DNA of 63,815 bases, filler included, from Choristocarpus tenellus KU-1152 (GCA_964200185.2; 10 parts of 10 records of this genome joined end to end with filler, not necessarily neighbours in it); one strand, 5' to 3'. Positions 38,610-51,971 are shown, counted from the whole stretch's first letter. Program-made: numbers and translations. The notes: generated by a model from the letters alone, not told the origin.

Positions 38610-39959
38610 CTTTATCAAGGCCCCGTCACCAATCACGCACCAAGCCAATGTCGAGCTGTAGATGCCACTTGGTAAGGGCGACGACTCTGCGCCTGGCAGT
38701 GCTACCTGTGTAAATGTAGGGGGGAGGCAGGAGGAAGGTAGAGGAGGTAGAGAGGGGGGGGGGGGGAAATCGTGGTTTGTCGGCTTAGTCGCTTGGGTTT
38801 GGGGTTAGGGGTGAAGTGCGGCAAGTTGACAGCAACTGGGGAACAATACAAAGGAACAGGAAGGTTTGTCCTTGGTGTATCAAATCTGATTTCATCAACC
38901 GGAGAATGTAGGTCGGTATCATCGTGCACAAAAAATTCCACGTGTATTTCAATGGTAAAATAAACGGAGACATTCTCGGCATTTCCAACGCATGCAAATA
39001 TAGGAGGGATCTTTGTGCAAATGTTTGAGTTGGGTGTCTTTGCCTACTTGCTGTACTCCAGGGAAAGTTGTGATACTCCAATAGTCGAGAGCAGGACCGT
39101 TTCATCGCTCAGACATAATCTGTACCAGGTAACATATCTGGGTATCAAGAGCCTAGGGGGTGTAGTACAAATCTGAAACACCCTGAACCAACATTTCCCC
39201 GACTGCCCTGGCCAGTGACTCACGTTACCTCACATCACATCACAAACTGAACACCTGAGCCTCACCGTAGCATCTTCGAAGTTTCCTAGTTCAACCGGTC
39301 CATGGAAAAAGGATCCACGGATCCTACCTCTAGCCAAACGGTCGACATGGGGAGAAACTCTTATAAGAGACCAATCACTTGCCCAGTTACCGTCCGCCTC
39401 CAGCTCCTCCACCTATGATTGATGCATCGTGGCATGATACCGCGTTAATGTAACCGGAACACGGGTGGTGTATGGTAAGGGTTACCACTGGTCTATGTAT
39501 CGAAGAGAGAGATGGTGGGTCGTGGAAAGTGTACATCGGGTTACCATGCTCATCAGCGCCCATCCTGGTGGTCGGGCTTATACCCCCAGAATTCTTTAGC
39601 AGTGACGGTGAAAGAAGAATTCATGGGTTTGAACCTTCCTCTGCTGATTCGTAGCGAGGTCAACCTCTCTCGATGGCATGTGTTTACTGGTACGATGCCA
39701 CACAAAACTGCACTTCTGCACTTTATCATAGATTGAGTCACATTGATTTGTCCTTATCTCATAAAGCCAAAGCAACCCCTTCAAAACGACACCATTGCAA
39801 AGACAGGTCAGGCCAAACCTCGTCAGTCGTCAGCGCTCTTCCTCGTGTGCCCAATCCACCAAAAATCTCCTTCGCCTTGCGGACATCTTGGACTAGGGGG
39901 TCCATTGTGCTTGCTGCCCCTGATATTACCTTGCGCACTGAGGATATTGCGATATTCAT
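38610..39959 (-). CDS. DUF4954-family protein, N-terminal part (3 exons, 3' truncated)
   Basis: Phase-0 exons 39959-39819, 39412-39266 and 38705-38610 give RALTTDEVEELEADGNWASDWSLIRV...RIRGSFFHGPVELGNF...LPSGIYSSTLAWCVIGDGALIK. This matches the DUF4954 N-terminal pattern as I recall it (R.LT..EI..LE..G..A.DW..V.V...F.G.V.LG...SGIYN.TL..C.IGD). Confidence 0.75.
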
Positions 39960-40365
39960 GAGGTTGGTGTGGTGAGAAGATATGAGATTTCATCCATAAC
40001 CAACCTACCAAATTCCCAATATCTATCTCATCGTTTATGCGCAACAACGAGAACGGAAGGAATGTGTTGGAAAGGTTCCATTTTGCTTCTTTGTGAAGCA
40101 CCAGGCGTTTTTTGTTACGTTTCGATGTTGACCATGGACCATAGAATAATATAATTCTGTGGTGCGATCCTCCCTTCTTTGTTGTCTGTTGTCTGCCTGT
40201 CGTTGGTCATGCCCACTACGTCCTCCCTACACTACGAACTACTTGTATTTCCAACTTCCTAAGGTATACACCATTATACTTCCTGCCCGTCAAGTCGCAG
40301 GGAACGTGCTTCTGAACTGATTGGGATCATTATTACTCGCTACGTCTTCGTCGTTTGATGCTGTG

Positions 40366-41044
40366 ATGGAGTCCAAAGATTCGGAGGGTGAAGGAGATTT
40401 TGCTCTCTTGGACAAAGTGGAGGTGTCAGCAAACAGAGTGTTGATCTTATTGATACTTTTGTACAAAGTGTTCTTATCGATGACCAACCAGGGTCGTAAT
40501 ATTGAAAGATAGCGAATTTTACATATAGAGACTGCGCACCCTAAAACTCCCAAAAATAATCGTTTCCATTTTCGCAGAAATACTGCACCTCCCAGGTTCT
40601 TGAACAAGAATTTGAAGACTTCTCAAGGTAAATCTCCTTAGAAAGTATGGTTGGTGTGCCTGAATGAGAGAGAACTATAACTGGAAATAATCATGTTTAC
40701 ACATTAACAATCTTATAGCCGATATGGTTCAAGAGCAAATACAAGGCACCCACTCTCCCTCTCTCACCTTGGAGCTTGAATCTACCTCGCAGTGCTCCTC
40801 TGCTCCATCCAGCACACGGTCTGCAGAGGAGCTAGTTAACCATGTGCATCAGTCATTCACACCAAGGGTTGTTGCACCATTGCCTTTGATCTCTCTCCTC
40901 GAATATTTTCTAGGGATCACCATAAGCTTTTCCTAGACACCGCATCTGAGGGCTCATGGGTGGCCAGCGGCAATGTGGAGCACAAGCTCGAGTACACAGA
41001 GGTATATGAGGATTTTTTGAGACTCTTCGAGAAGAAGATAACAG
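40366..41044 (+). CDS. BART-domain protein (ARL2BP/CFAP36-like), N-terminal part (3 exons)
   Basis: Exons 40366-40422, 40578-40627 and 40914-41044 join in phase: ...LLDKVEKYCTSQVLEQEFEDFSRDHHKLFLD...EHKLEYTEVYEDFLRLFEKKIT. EHKLEYT.VY..F..LFE is a BART signature. Confidence 0.8.
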
Positions 41045-41577
41045 GTAAGTTCGTCAAGCATCACATGCAAATGCTGCAATTGTCAATGTGATACTCTATG
41101 TTGATTACCATTATTAAGCTCTATTGCTCTATTTGTAACGGAGAACTCGCGTGGTTAGCTAACCAACATTACCTTGACGACGTGGATGAACTCAACTACA
41201 GTGTGAAACATATGATAGGACCCCAAAATACCAATCCAATGCATACATACATATACAAGATACATGAGGAATATATTATGTCGAACTTGTAAGTCTTCCA
41301 GATAGATACAATACCACAGGGTAGGCCTCCGGACTAGAACAAACTTCGAATACTCTGTATGTCTATTTATACAAAAGTTCTTGCCAAGTGATCTCTGCCA
41401 AGAACCCGTCACTTCTTTGATGGGTGACGCAGAGAGTACAAGGTGAAGCAGGTAGCTGAGTCACTGACAGGGTATCAACAGATTGCTTTTTCTGCCAAGG
41501 AGATCGGGATTGATTTCCTCAGTATTGATAGGTGCAAGCATGGTTTGCACCTTAATTCTTTTCACATGATAGTTTTG

Positions 41578-41740
41578 GCACAAAGTATTTGGGGGGGGGG
41601 TGGCGACTGCCCATTTGGGGTCCAATTTTCCATTTCACATTTGATTTTGGGTCAAAGTATCTTGGGGGGGGGGGAGTGGTTTGCAAGGGGGCGTCCGTTT
41701 CGGTCAAACAACTTTTTTTTTTGCTGACATTTCAAATCCG
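41578..41740 (+). mobile_element. Ends of MITEs related to family A (subfamily B, poly-G TIR)
   Basis: GGCACAAAGTATTTGGGGG..CCATTTGGGG at 41578 and GGGTCAAAGTATCTTGGGGG at about 41649. A similar end lies at 59272-59344. Confidence 0.6.
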
Positions 41741-41840
41741 NNNNNNNNNNNNNNNNNNNNNNNNNNNNNNNNNNNNNNNNNNNNTTAATTAATTAANNNN
41801 NNNNNNNNNNNNNNNNNNNNNNNNNNNNNNNNNNNNNNNN

Positions 41841-42338
41841 TTGCCATTTTGCAAAACATTGCAGTGAGCGTACATCAACATGACAAATACATCAATACAT
41901 ACATAAAATATCAAACTCTTCTACCCACCGAAAGCAGCAACTATGTACCCCCTTATGTTCTGCCAAAGGTCTTCCCTCCTCCAGAGTCGCCTGTTACAGA
42001 TGTCTCATCACTGGGGAGACCACATCTCATAGGGTATTGCTCTTGCAATAGCCCATCACCCAGAAGGAAAGGTATGACTCTTTATATGTGCACCTCTTAA
42101 GCAAAATTGCAAGGCAGGTCGATGTGAATTGACAGACCTGTTTATAAATTCCACCTCCACCTTCGGCTATGTACTTGTGCGCCCTACTAGTGTGATGATA
42201 GGGGAAGGAAAAGAGAGAGAGAGAGAGCAAGGAATTGCACATATATGAGTGTGGGTTGCCATTTTGCAAAACATTGCAGTGAGCGTACATCAACATGACA
42301 AATACATCAATACATACATAAAATATCAAACTCTTCTA
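41841..42338. repeat. About 82-bp exact direct repeat (41841-41922 and about 42256-42338)
   Basis: TTGCCATTTTGCAAAACATTGCAG...CAAACTCTTCTA occurs twice; the first copy is at the contig start. Confidence 0.85.
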
Positions 42339-43218
42339 ACACCCCCCTGCCCCCACTTAGAAATTTATACATTTTGAAAAACACTTGGTTTGGCATCTCT
42401 TTGCCAAGCTATCTATTTCAAAGACATTCATACCTGCTCCATATATTATTAATAATTACAATTAAAAAGCAATAAAGAATTTTAGAGCAGATTTTCTTTT
42501 TCAGGCCCATCCCTCACACAGAGAAACCCAACTATTTGGCCACCGTTTTGTACAATTGATTGCAAATATTGCTCCAGTAGTATGCCAAGTCCTTATACCC
42601 ACCCTCCTTCCCCCCCCAGTCTTCAGCATTCACACACCAAAATCTATGCAAATTACCCACCAGATGAGAACCAAACCATTGACCACACACATATTCACAT
42701 ATTCACATGTACAATACACAATCACAACCCACATAGATTTCAGTGTCAATGGATATTTGTCAAGGAAACAACAGTGCTTACAATCTAGAAAATGCGGGAT
42801 TGGCAGGGGGTACAGGATGGGACTTTATGATAAACCAAACCTACCGATGTACCAGATATCCAGTATCACACAGTTTCAACAGCCCATTCCATACAACCTT
42901 CAACCCCGAGACAAATTTAAATGTTCATTCTCTCAATAAGAACTCATCAACATGATCCATGCCTCTCAAAAATCACCTCAGTAACATTGGACCCAAGCAA
43001 CAAAGACGATCACAGTCCATTTGTGAAACTTTTCATCAAGCCACCCACCCCATTTGCTGTGGGCTGTGGGAACTGCACTCAGCATCCTGTGCAAAAAAAT
43101 CACCCACCAGGATCCCATTCTATCAAAACTGAAGACAAGAGTTGAATACACAACTGAGCAACCACTTAGACAGAGATAACACACCTTGGCTTCAAATTGT
43201 CATCCAGTCTGGCACAGA

Positions 43219-46200
43219 TCAAATCCCCCCTCCCATCCCGTCTGACATGAATGAACTTCCCACTCTGCGACGCTTCAACCGTGGTGCCAACGCAGGCTTC
43301 TTTGAAATATTTGATGTCGCATCTTCTTTGCAATCCGCCTGGGAAAAAGTCAAATATGAAGATAGAAGCAGCAGCAGCAAAGAGTAATAAAAATCAACAA
43401 AATTTGTACAAACATAAGTACAAGCTTAGCATTGTGGCAAACAAAATCATTGACAAATATAATGGGCAGAGTAGAAGGGTGTTTAACATTGACATGACAT
43501 TCACTGCAGTCATCTCACCAATCCCTCCAGGATGGTCATGGAGAGCTTTGGGTTGGCATGTATCTCTGCCTCAAAGGCTGGATAACGTGTCACCTAGGAA
43601 GCAATACAACAGTCGACCAATTAGTCAATTAAAAAAGCAACACATATATATGGGGGGGTGGGAATCACATATGTGGCACAAGGTAATGCTGAAATTGGAA
43701 GTGTTTTTTTGTCCAGTAGGCGACCACAACACTGAATAGCAATCAATCTCGTTTCCTCTTGCTTGTTGTATAAAAATTCAAGTTTGCAGCACTTTACTCC
43801 ATGTGGGGGGATAAACATTGAATTCCCAAAAACATACCAATACTTTCCCAAATTCTCAACCAACTCCAAACAAATTTCTTCTCATAGTTCGCTTTCCCTA
43901 TTCCCTCAAGACCACAATCATGCTTGGGTAAATTCTCTATCAAGTGCTGTGGAAAAAAAACAATCGCAACTCACAGAAAATTACCAATGTAGACAAGGAT
44001 TAAGAGCTCCTCTCACTATCAGCAACCCACAGAATCCACAAAAAAAGTTAGCAGCAAAAAATGTTATCTACCAAAAAAATGTTACCATCATCCCTTTCTC
44101 ATCAAAAATTACACAGAAGATATCAGCTTTGTTTCTTTCAACAAAGACGCACACAACACAATGCAAACCTTTCCTACACGTAAAAACTGAAAAGACGTAT
44201 TGTACTCTCACCTCAGCCATGTTCTTCTTATAAAAGTTAAGGCAGTGCCCCCTCAGTACCTCTGCCTGATAGCTCTCCGCTGCAAGCAAAAGCTTGGCCA
44301 CATTGGCCACACTAATGATCTTCTTTCCCGCCATCTCGCAAAGGTATTTTAACTCCTCTAGCAAGAACTCTGTGTTTTTTTTAAGTACAACATTTGTGTT
44401 GGTGTTAAGGGTAAAGACATGAAGCAGTTAAAGAGACTTGAGAATATTCTGCATTGTGAGCATGAACAATTTATGAGGGGCAGAACCCAGTCAGGAGTCG
44501 CTTACATAAGGGTGTACTCAAAAGTGAGAAGAACACACAGCAACAATGATGGGTTAGCTGTGAATGAAAACAACAAGAGGTAGATTAAAAGACATTTGTT
44601 CCATTGTTTATATACTTACATATAATGTATATTCTGTTACACACAGCTCAGATTGCTCTTTTCAAAGCACATGGTTCATTCATTTTGAGCAGGCGCATTA
44701 GGACAATACAAGCGTGATGTAACTTAACTGCTGACATTTCCACAGTATGTAGTACCCACATCAGCTCTCATTACAACAGCAAAGAATAAGTCACACAGCG
44801 TAGAACAGAAATTCTCTGCAAGGAGAAAATACTTTGAGAAACAATGTAAGAAAATAACCCTGAGAATGAATATCCCATCAGAAATAATAAAAATTAAGTA
44901 ATGAAATTAAGATCCTCATATTGATTAGAAGTCGCATAACAGGAATAAAGTGTTAACATGAATGCTAGAGATAGCAATAGGCAGGATGCACCAGGGTCAA
45001 GGAAAGGTCTTTAAACAAACTTTGGATTCCCCTCAACAAGACACATACAGCCATGACTCATGTTTGAGTAGTAGCAACTCAGCATTGCCCAACGGATCAC
45101 ACTGTCAGAGTACTTGAAGGCAAGGATGAGGAAATGAAACAATCCTATCTGTTTCTAAGCTTACTTTTACCCTGCTCCCAGCCCTTGAAAACGACTAGCA
45201 ACAAGCTGCCTGCCACTCCACTAGAAAACTCAACAGGTGAGTAGCCATGCAGTCAATACCATATCATCAATTTCATGACAACAAGCCCCTGCACATTAGT
45301 ATTCTTAATGATGCAGGTCAACTTTCCGCTTATCCCTCCCTCACCCTGCAAAACCCTGTAAAAAATCACCAAAAATCCCCGCCCCGCCCCCATGCCCATT
45401 GCTGGACCACCAAGCTTGTCTCTACTTCCCTGTCACACTTATGCCTCTTACCGTTTGCCAAGGCAAGAAGACTGACTATATCATCTGCACCCAACCGGTG
45501 CAAGTCCTTGATTCGGTTCGTGTACACAAACTCCAGCATCTGTCGCAGTGCAGGCTCCTCATGATGCGGCACACTCACCTTCACTCAAGGTAATTTGGGG
45601 GAGGGGGGGAACTAGTCATGACAGAGATGTGAAGGAAAAGGTAGTATGTATGTTGGTCATGCTAGACTAGGAAAGAGCAAAAAAAAAAAGTTCTGCCATG
45701 GTTTGTTTCTTCATTTCATGGTGGATAATCAGAATATGAAAACACAAACCAAAGGCACGTTAAAGAGCAGGTTCCACAACTGTGCACAATATTTTGTGCA
45801 GATACTGCAGAAGTGTCATTAACTTAGCAGACATCAACAGATATGGGAGAATTCAACAGTGAATTGTGCTTCCATTTCTACTCCAGATCACTAGAAGCAC
45901 CACAGAATGACAATCACTTCCTTTAACAGGTGTTACACACTACAAAACAGTCACCTTGATCTACTAAAAGGCAGCGAATATCTTGCCTCTTCCTGAAGTG
46001 CTACACTCAACACCTACTTCCAAGCTCCATCAAACCATATAATGAATTTGAGGTACCCAGAGAGGAAATTATTAATCCCTTTTCTAGTGCCCTAGATGTT
46101 CCACATTGCAAGGACACAAGCTTAAGGCATACACACAATCACTCACTCTCAATAATCTCACTTTGAGATGAGCCACCAAATACAAGATAGCTGTTGGGGC

Positions 46201-48649
46201 ATTCAGTTTTCGATAGCAATAGAGGTGCCTACACAAAAGATCAACCTGTGCCAACACAATATTAAGAGCAAAAAGCCACAGAAAATGATAGTCTCCTTGC
46301 TCACAAGTAATGTGAATCAATCACATTGGCTATGTTTGCCCTCTTCACCCCTCAAAGAAGGCAAAAAACAGGTACATCTTCATGCACTACTGATAACATG
46401 ATTCCTCCATGGAGAGGCGAGACACGAAGGCACTACCATTAAAATAGGATTTTAAACCTGGAATAATGTGAACATATCCAGAAAATTCTCAACTCAGGCA
46501 AACTCAGAGGTCAGCAATCAGCAGAGGAGTACAATGTTATGACATCAACAGCTGAAAGGCACACCTTTTCTACAAATCTAAGGGGCATTCGTTCAAGTTC
46601 ACAGGGATCAAGAGTTTAACATATGTTTTGACAACAGCTATGAGTGTTCAAAAGATCAAGATTCAAGTTTATTTTCCACATGAAAGCCTCGACCACCAAA
46701 CTGTACCTCCATCTGAACCTCAAAAGCCACAGCATGTCATCACCTCCCAACACTGCTAGTACTCCCTTGTGTGTACCACAAGGAACATCTTGGACCAGTG
46801 GGACAAGTCTATTCCCATGTACTTACACCCCTCCCTAAAATGAATAGGGACAACCCCTTGCCTTTTCTACTTTGTTTTGTCCTCAAGTATACAAAACTTA
46901 AGTTTGCAATCTTGATGTCTACTCGAAATAACATTCAGTTTCCTGATGGCTGTGAGACAACAAATCTGGATTTCTACACGCAACAAAAAATTCAGTGGTC
47001 TTGAAATTGAGAAAGACAAGTACACACATCAATTTTAATAGTTCATGATCTGCAGCCTTTCCAATATTGGTCACCATCAACTCCCCTCAATGGAGAAAAT
47101 GTTTCATTATCCTGTCTCATATGATGCAGTACATAAATTATACCCCTCTCTGGTCAAACCCCACCCATTTTCCTAGCATCAATTACCACCCGGAATTAAC
47201 CACCTATTTTCCTACACTCCATCCATTGCTTCCCAGCAAAGTTGCTTCATTTGCATCCTGTCCCATCCCTCATGGTATGCACAAAGTCAATCCTCCTACC
47301 CCCTCTTGTCAGAATGTTACATACCTCATTTGTCTCACTTTCCCTCATGGCTCCCTTTCGGAACATGCTTCGGAAGTACTCCGACCTCGCCACCAGATGT
47401 GTCTTGTGTGCCTTCACCTCTGTCCGTTCCGACCCCACAAAGAATGTCATGTCACAGTGTTCCGGCTCATGCAACAGACATCCCATCTGCTCGATGTACT
47501 TACTGTCTGGACAAACCTTCTGTGGGTCCACCTGTGGAAACTTGCAACAACATCCACATTGTGAATATACTTTCATGATAATGGCGGTGCAGATGCATAC
47601 ATCCTGCAGAGGAATAAGCAACAAGCAATGCAAAAGAAGGGTTTTTATCCTTCCTGACTCACCTCCTCATCAGAATCGGAACTGCATTCTGTCTTGCTCC
47701 TGCGCCTGCGTACAACAATTTCATCCCGAACCTGAAATGGCAACGTAACATGGATAGAATGCCATAATGCGCAAGAGAAGGGAGATGCAGAGCCGACATT
47801 AGAAGTCAAGTGAGCAAAAACGGGACAAGGCGCCCTAAGCAAGCATCCTGGAGATGGTGTAGGGAAGGATTACAGAGTGGGTAAAAAAAATCAAACACCC
47901 AATAAATAAGAAACAACAATTCCTATCCCAACAATATGTCTGCCAGGCCGCACCAAGAGAAAAACTGTTTCTGGCGTGTCCTCGTTTTGGAGCTCCTCCG
48001 TGAAGTAGTACGCCAAATCGTCCTTTCGCAACCCGTGGTGTTTTGCGTAGTGTCGAAAGAGTGAGGAAAAGCGCTGGTTCTTCAGCATTAAGCAGCTGTA
48101 TTGGGTCCCCGCACGCACTCGAACGACAGACCTCTCCGTACCTTCCAGAATGAGATCTTCAGCTGGCTGTGTTTCAAGTATTGGTGTAGGCGATGCAATT
48201 AAACCAAGGCTTCAGAGCGATAAGTGCACGAGGATGAGGTTTTTGGATGAGGAGAGGAGATGGGAGCTTCAGGATACAAGGTAGCAGCTTCCCCAACCAG
48301 CGAAATATAGGGTTATCCCCGTCCATATTCAATTACATTTTTCGGCAAGCAAAGGGTCCTAAACAAGAGGCACCGACGAATATTGAGAGAATAAGCTACC
48401 TAAAAACGAATCATGGCGAGTGGATGTTGACCATGATTCACACCTTTCCAGGTCTTGCCTCCAAAGTATATAGAGTTAAGGAGTCGGAGAGATAAGACCA
48501 GCTAAAAATACAGGCTACCTCTGACAAGAGTAAAAGTGGGGAGACCCAGCCACACTAAAGATAAATATCACCTTAACCACGAACTCCACATGGGTATCGG
48601 CCTGCGCTCGGGCAGCGGCAGTATTGCCGTTGTTAGAGGCAGCCGCCAT
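43219..48649 (-). CDS. SUMO-like (Rad60-SLD-type ubiquitin-like) domain + BTB/POZ-BACK protein, complete 8-exon model, about 348 aa
   Basis: Exons 48649-48572, 48166-47954, 47731-47663, 47531-47325, 45578-45452, 44369-44212, 43593-43519 and 43338-43219 are all GT-AG and in phase. BTB motifs: HCDMTFFVG...KAHKTHLVARSEYFRSMF...MRES, LRQMLEFVYT, ANEFLLEELKYLCE, NVAKLLLAAESYQA..L...C. N-terminal SUMO-like segment: FSSLFRHYAKHHGL..DDL.YYF...LQNEDTPETV.L...DEI.V. Confidence 0.88.
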
Positions 48650-49165
48650 AACCCTCCCTTCCTCTGTCCCTGCCCACCGAACCTCTTGAAGACCGAACAA
48701 ATCTCCGCCCACGACTTACTCTAGAATTCAGGGAAGTGTTCCTGAGTTTGACTTGTTTTTGTCCTTCGTTTTCGCAAGCCTGACCCTACTTTGAAAGACG
48801 GGTGTAGAGACTCTTCGCCAATTTTCGATCGTTTGATGGGGATGGACAAAAACGAAACGACAGCTGCGTAGAAAAAAACGAGGTAGTTACAAATAGTGGG
48901 GAAGTAACCACTACACCGGAGCAAAGATTTGGGAGAGGAGGAGAAGATTAATACTGCCACTAGTTCACAGTCTCGGCAAACACGGCCTGATCTGTAAGAC
49001 GTGACAAACCTTGTTGGAAAAGCTCATTTCAGTTCGAGATGTGGGCATCGAGAGTCGCGCGCGAAGAGGACATGCGCGCGATAGGTTCGGAGAGAAAGAT
49101 GTATCTCGATATCAAATGTGAAAATGCCCCGGGGTCGATTTCTTTTCCACATATCTCCCTTCAAT

Positions 49166-49273
49166 CACAATTACGGTTAGTATCAAATATCAAACCATAT
49201 AAAATGCCCACAATAACAATTACGGTTAGTATCAAATATCAAACCATATAAAATGACCCACAATAACAATTAC
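49166..49273. repeat. About 50-bp tandem duplication
   Basis: ACAATTACGGTTAGTATCAAATATCAAACCATATAAAATG occurs twice. Confidence 0.85.
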
Positions 49274-50642
49274 TGATCACCCACCCTATCACTACTATAT
49301 AATAAAAAATATTACTACATAACAAATCGCCACATCATCACAAAATCTAACAGATTTAAAAAGTCAGCACACTTTCCACATCTTACCTATTATAGCGAAG
49401 TACTTCACACCAGAAAAAGAGGTGTATCACATTAGGGGTAAAGATTCGCATCCTCAACAGCAAAGTGCTCGAGGTCATGTAAATTAAATAGAGATACGGA
49501 CAGAACGGTAGTCCCGCCACAATACTCACAATACTGTCTCAACCCTATCCTTGTCACCCTACCCTACACCTATCATGCACTATGAATACGGTCCCACAAA
49601 GATACCTGGTTGCGAAGAATGGGTGTGACAAAAATGTGCGAAAACAGTTACGCTAAGGTCAGCTCTACCCAATAAAGATAGCAAACACACCCAACGAGGT
49701 GTTAATGCTTTGGGGAACTTGCAAATGGACACCAGAAGCAAGTTGGACAGGAGGAGAAGAAGTGGTGGATATAACTGCAAGGACTCTTTCAGAAGTTTGG
49801 GGTCATAATCCAGGAATGTAGTACAATAAGGACAACAAAACATAAACAATAAAACGCTTACGTATATTGTTAGTAGTACATAATACTACATACTAGTATA
49901 TGTGGTTGATGAAAGAAAGATCTTTATGAATGAGTGGCATGTCAGAGAAATTGTGATAGCTGACCTACGTTGCACTATAGATCAACAGCTAAGAACAGCA
50001 GATTTCAAAAATTGAGGATGGAGCTTTTCATTGAGGATGAGCTTGACCCAAAATTGACTGGGATNNNNNNNNNNNNNNNNNNNNNNNNNNNNNNNNNNNN
50101 NNNNNNNNTTAATTAATTAANNNNNNNNNNNNNNNNNNNNNNNNNNNNNNNNNNNNNNNNNNNNAGATAGTTTTTTTTAATCCCTATTCAGTCGCTGAGA
50201 GGCCCCATATCCATTCCAGGAAACTCATGCCCGGTGCATCTGGGTCTCAAATGGCACTCTACTAGGTACTAGGTACTAGGTACTCTAGCAGTCAAAGCAA
50301 CTCAGGACTGCCTCAAGATGGAATTGTGTGAATCAGTGTACTTCTGTACTGAGAGATACGTGTCTTATGTGTCTTATGTGTCTTGTACTTGAAGCAGTAT
50401 AGTATATGATTAGAAATAGTGGTATCAATGTGAATAAGACAAGGTCGATAAGGTGTATGCATGCATGGAGGTTAGCACATATCTCTATTACGTATGCATG
50501 TATGTATGTATGTATGTATGTATGTTGTGTGTATGATTAAATTTCACTGCTATGTTTTTTGCTCCTTGCAAGTCAATCGAAGTTAGCCTTATTATCCTAT
50601 CTTGAAGTAGTGAATGGAGATTTCACTTGATAGTACTTACAA

Positions 50643-50829
50643 TTTTCACTATGGTACTATTAATAATAGTACCTGTTATGTTTATCTATCATTTTCACTA
50701 TGGTACTATTAATAATAGTACCTGCTATGTTTATCTATTATTTTCACTATGGTACTATTAATAATAGTACCTGTTATGTTTATCTATCATTTTCACTATG
50801 GTACTATTAATAATAGTACCTGTTATGTT
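50643..50829. repeat. 49-bp tandem repeat, about 3.8 copies, each with hairpin core GGTACTATT-AAT-AATAGTACC
   Basis: Units start at 50643, 50692, 50741 and 50790. Confidence 0.92.
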
Positions 50830-51639
50830 CATCTTTTTTTTCCCTACACACTTCTGATATTGTGCTAAATTTTCCCCTTGATCTTATAATATGCTGGAGA
50901 TTAAATATATTTAAACTTACAATATTTTCTTGTTCACTGGTATATTCCTTGGATGGCGTTTTCCCTCTGTAGTATTAGTTTTACTTATGTGTTTAACGTA
51001 TTGTAGTCAAACCTGCAATGTGGTAAAATCTGACCATTTTTCTAGTCTTTGTGGTTGGGTTTGAGGCTGAATGTATTTTATTAATGTAGCTATTTTTGCT
51101 GCTGTTGGTTTTAATACAAAGTATTGGTTAGAAGTATTGGTTATAATTATGTACTACCATGTATTGTTTTTTAACCTTCTTAACCTTCCCCCAAGATGTA
51201 TCAAAGCATGAATGCTGATTGGTAAACCAATCAGGACACTTGTGCTGTATTTGAAAAAAGGTAGCGAAGACCTGATGGACTGATCCCACTCTCTCCAGAA
51301 GTTTTTTTTTTCTAACCCCAACCCTAACTCAAGATGAATAGTGGTGAGAGGATGAAGATAATATAGTTGAGAGTCAGACACACTATAACCACATTTTGTA
51401 TCAGACACACTAGTCTCGACTTCATTCATTGTAATTTACAAATTAAGAAGAGTAAAGCAAGTATGTAGAGGTTGCCTCAATGACAAGCAAGGTCCTGTGC
51501 AGTGTCTTGAGAAATATGGACCCCTTTCAGTGGGTGGGTGGATGACTATTCCGGAAACTTGAATGAACCCATCACTCTAATTTGTCAATGGATGACAAAG
51601 TCGTACAATGCTATGGATACACTGTGAAAGGTTAGGGTA

Positions 51640-51780
51640 ATTTCTTTTTTTCTCTTTCTCTTTCTCTTTCTCTTTCTCATCCTCTTTCTCATTCTCTCTC
51701 TTTCTCTTTCTATTTCTCTCTCTCATTCTCATCCTCTTTCTCATTCTCTCTCTCTCTTCCTCTACGCCTCTTCCTTTCTT
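51640..51780. repeat. Degenerate (TC)n / TTTCTC pyrimidine tract
   Basis: Seen directly. Confidence 0.85.
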
Positions 51781-51971
51781 TCACCTGCTTACATTTTTTT
51801 TAACACACACATCAAAGATATACAATGTATCCATCCCAGGGTTATTTTCCATTCTGGATCAATAAAATAAAACAATACCGGGTCTATATTTTTATTTTTT
51901 GCGTTTATTCAAGATTTTTTATTTTGCATTTTCATTCATTTCTTCTATGATGTGTTCATCTTTTTGTGTAG

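Noticed and set aside
40628-40936. Apparent need for a micro-exon in the BART gene
   Set aside because: Using the acceptor at 40912-40913 restores the frame (RDHHKLFLD).
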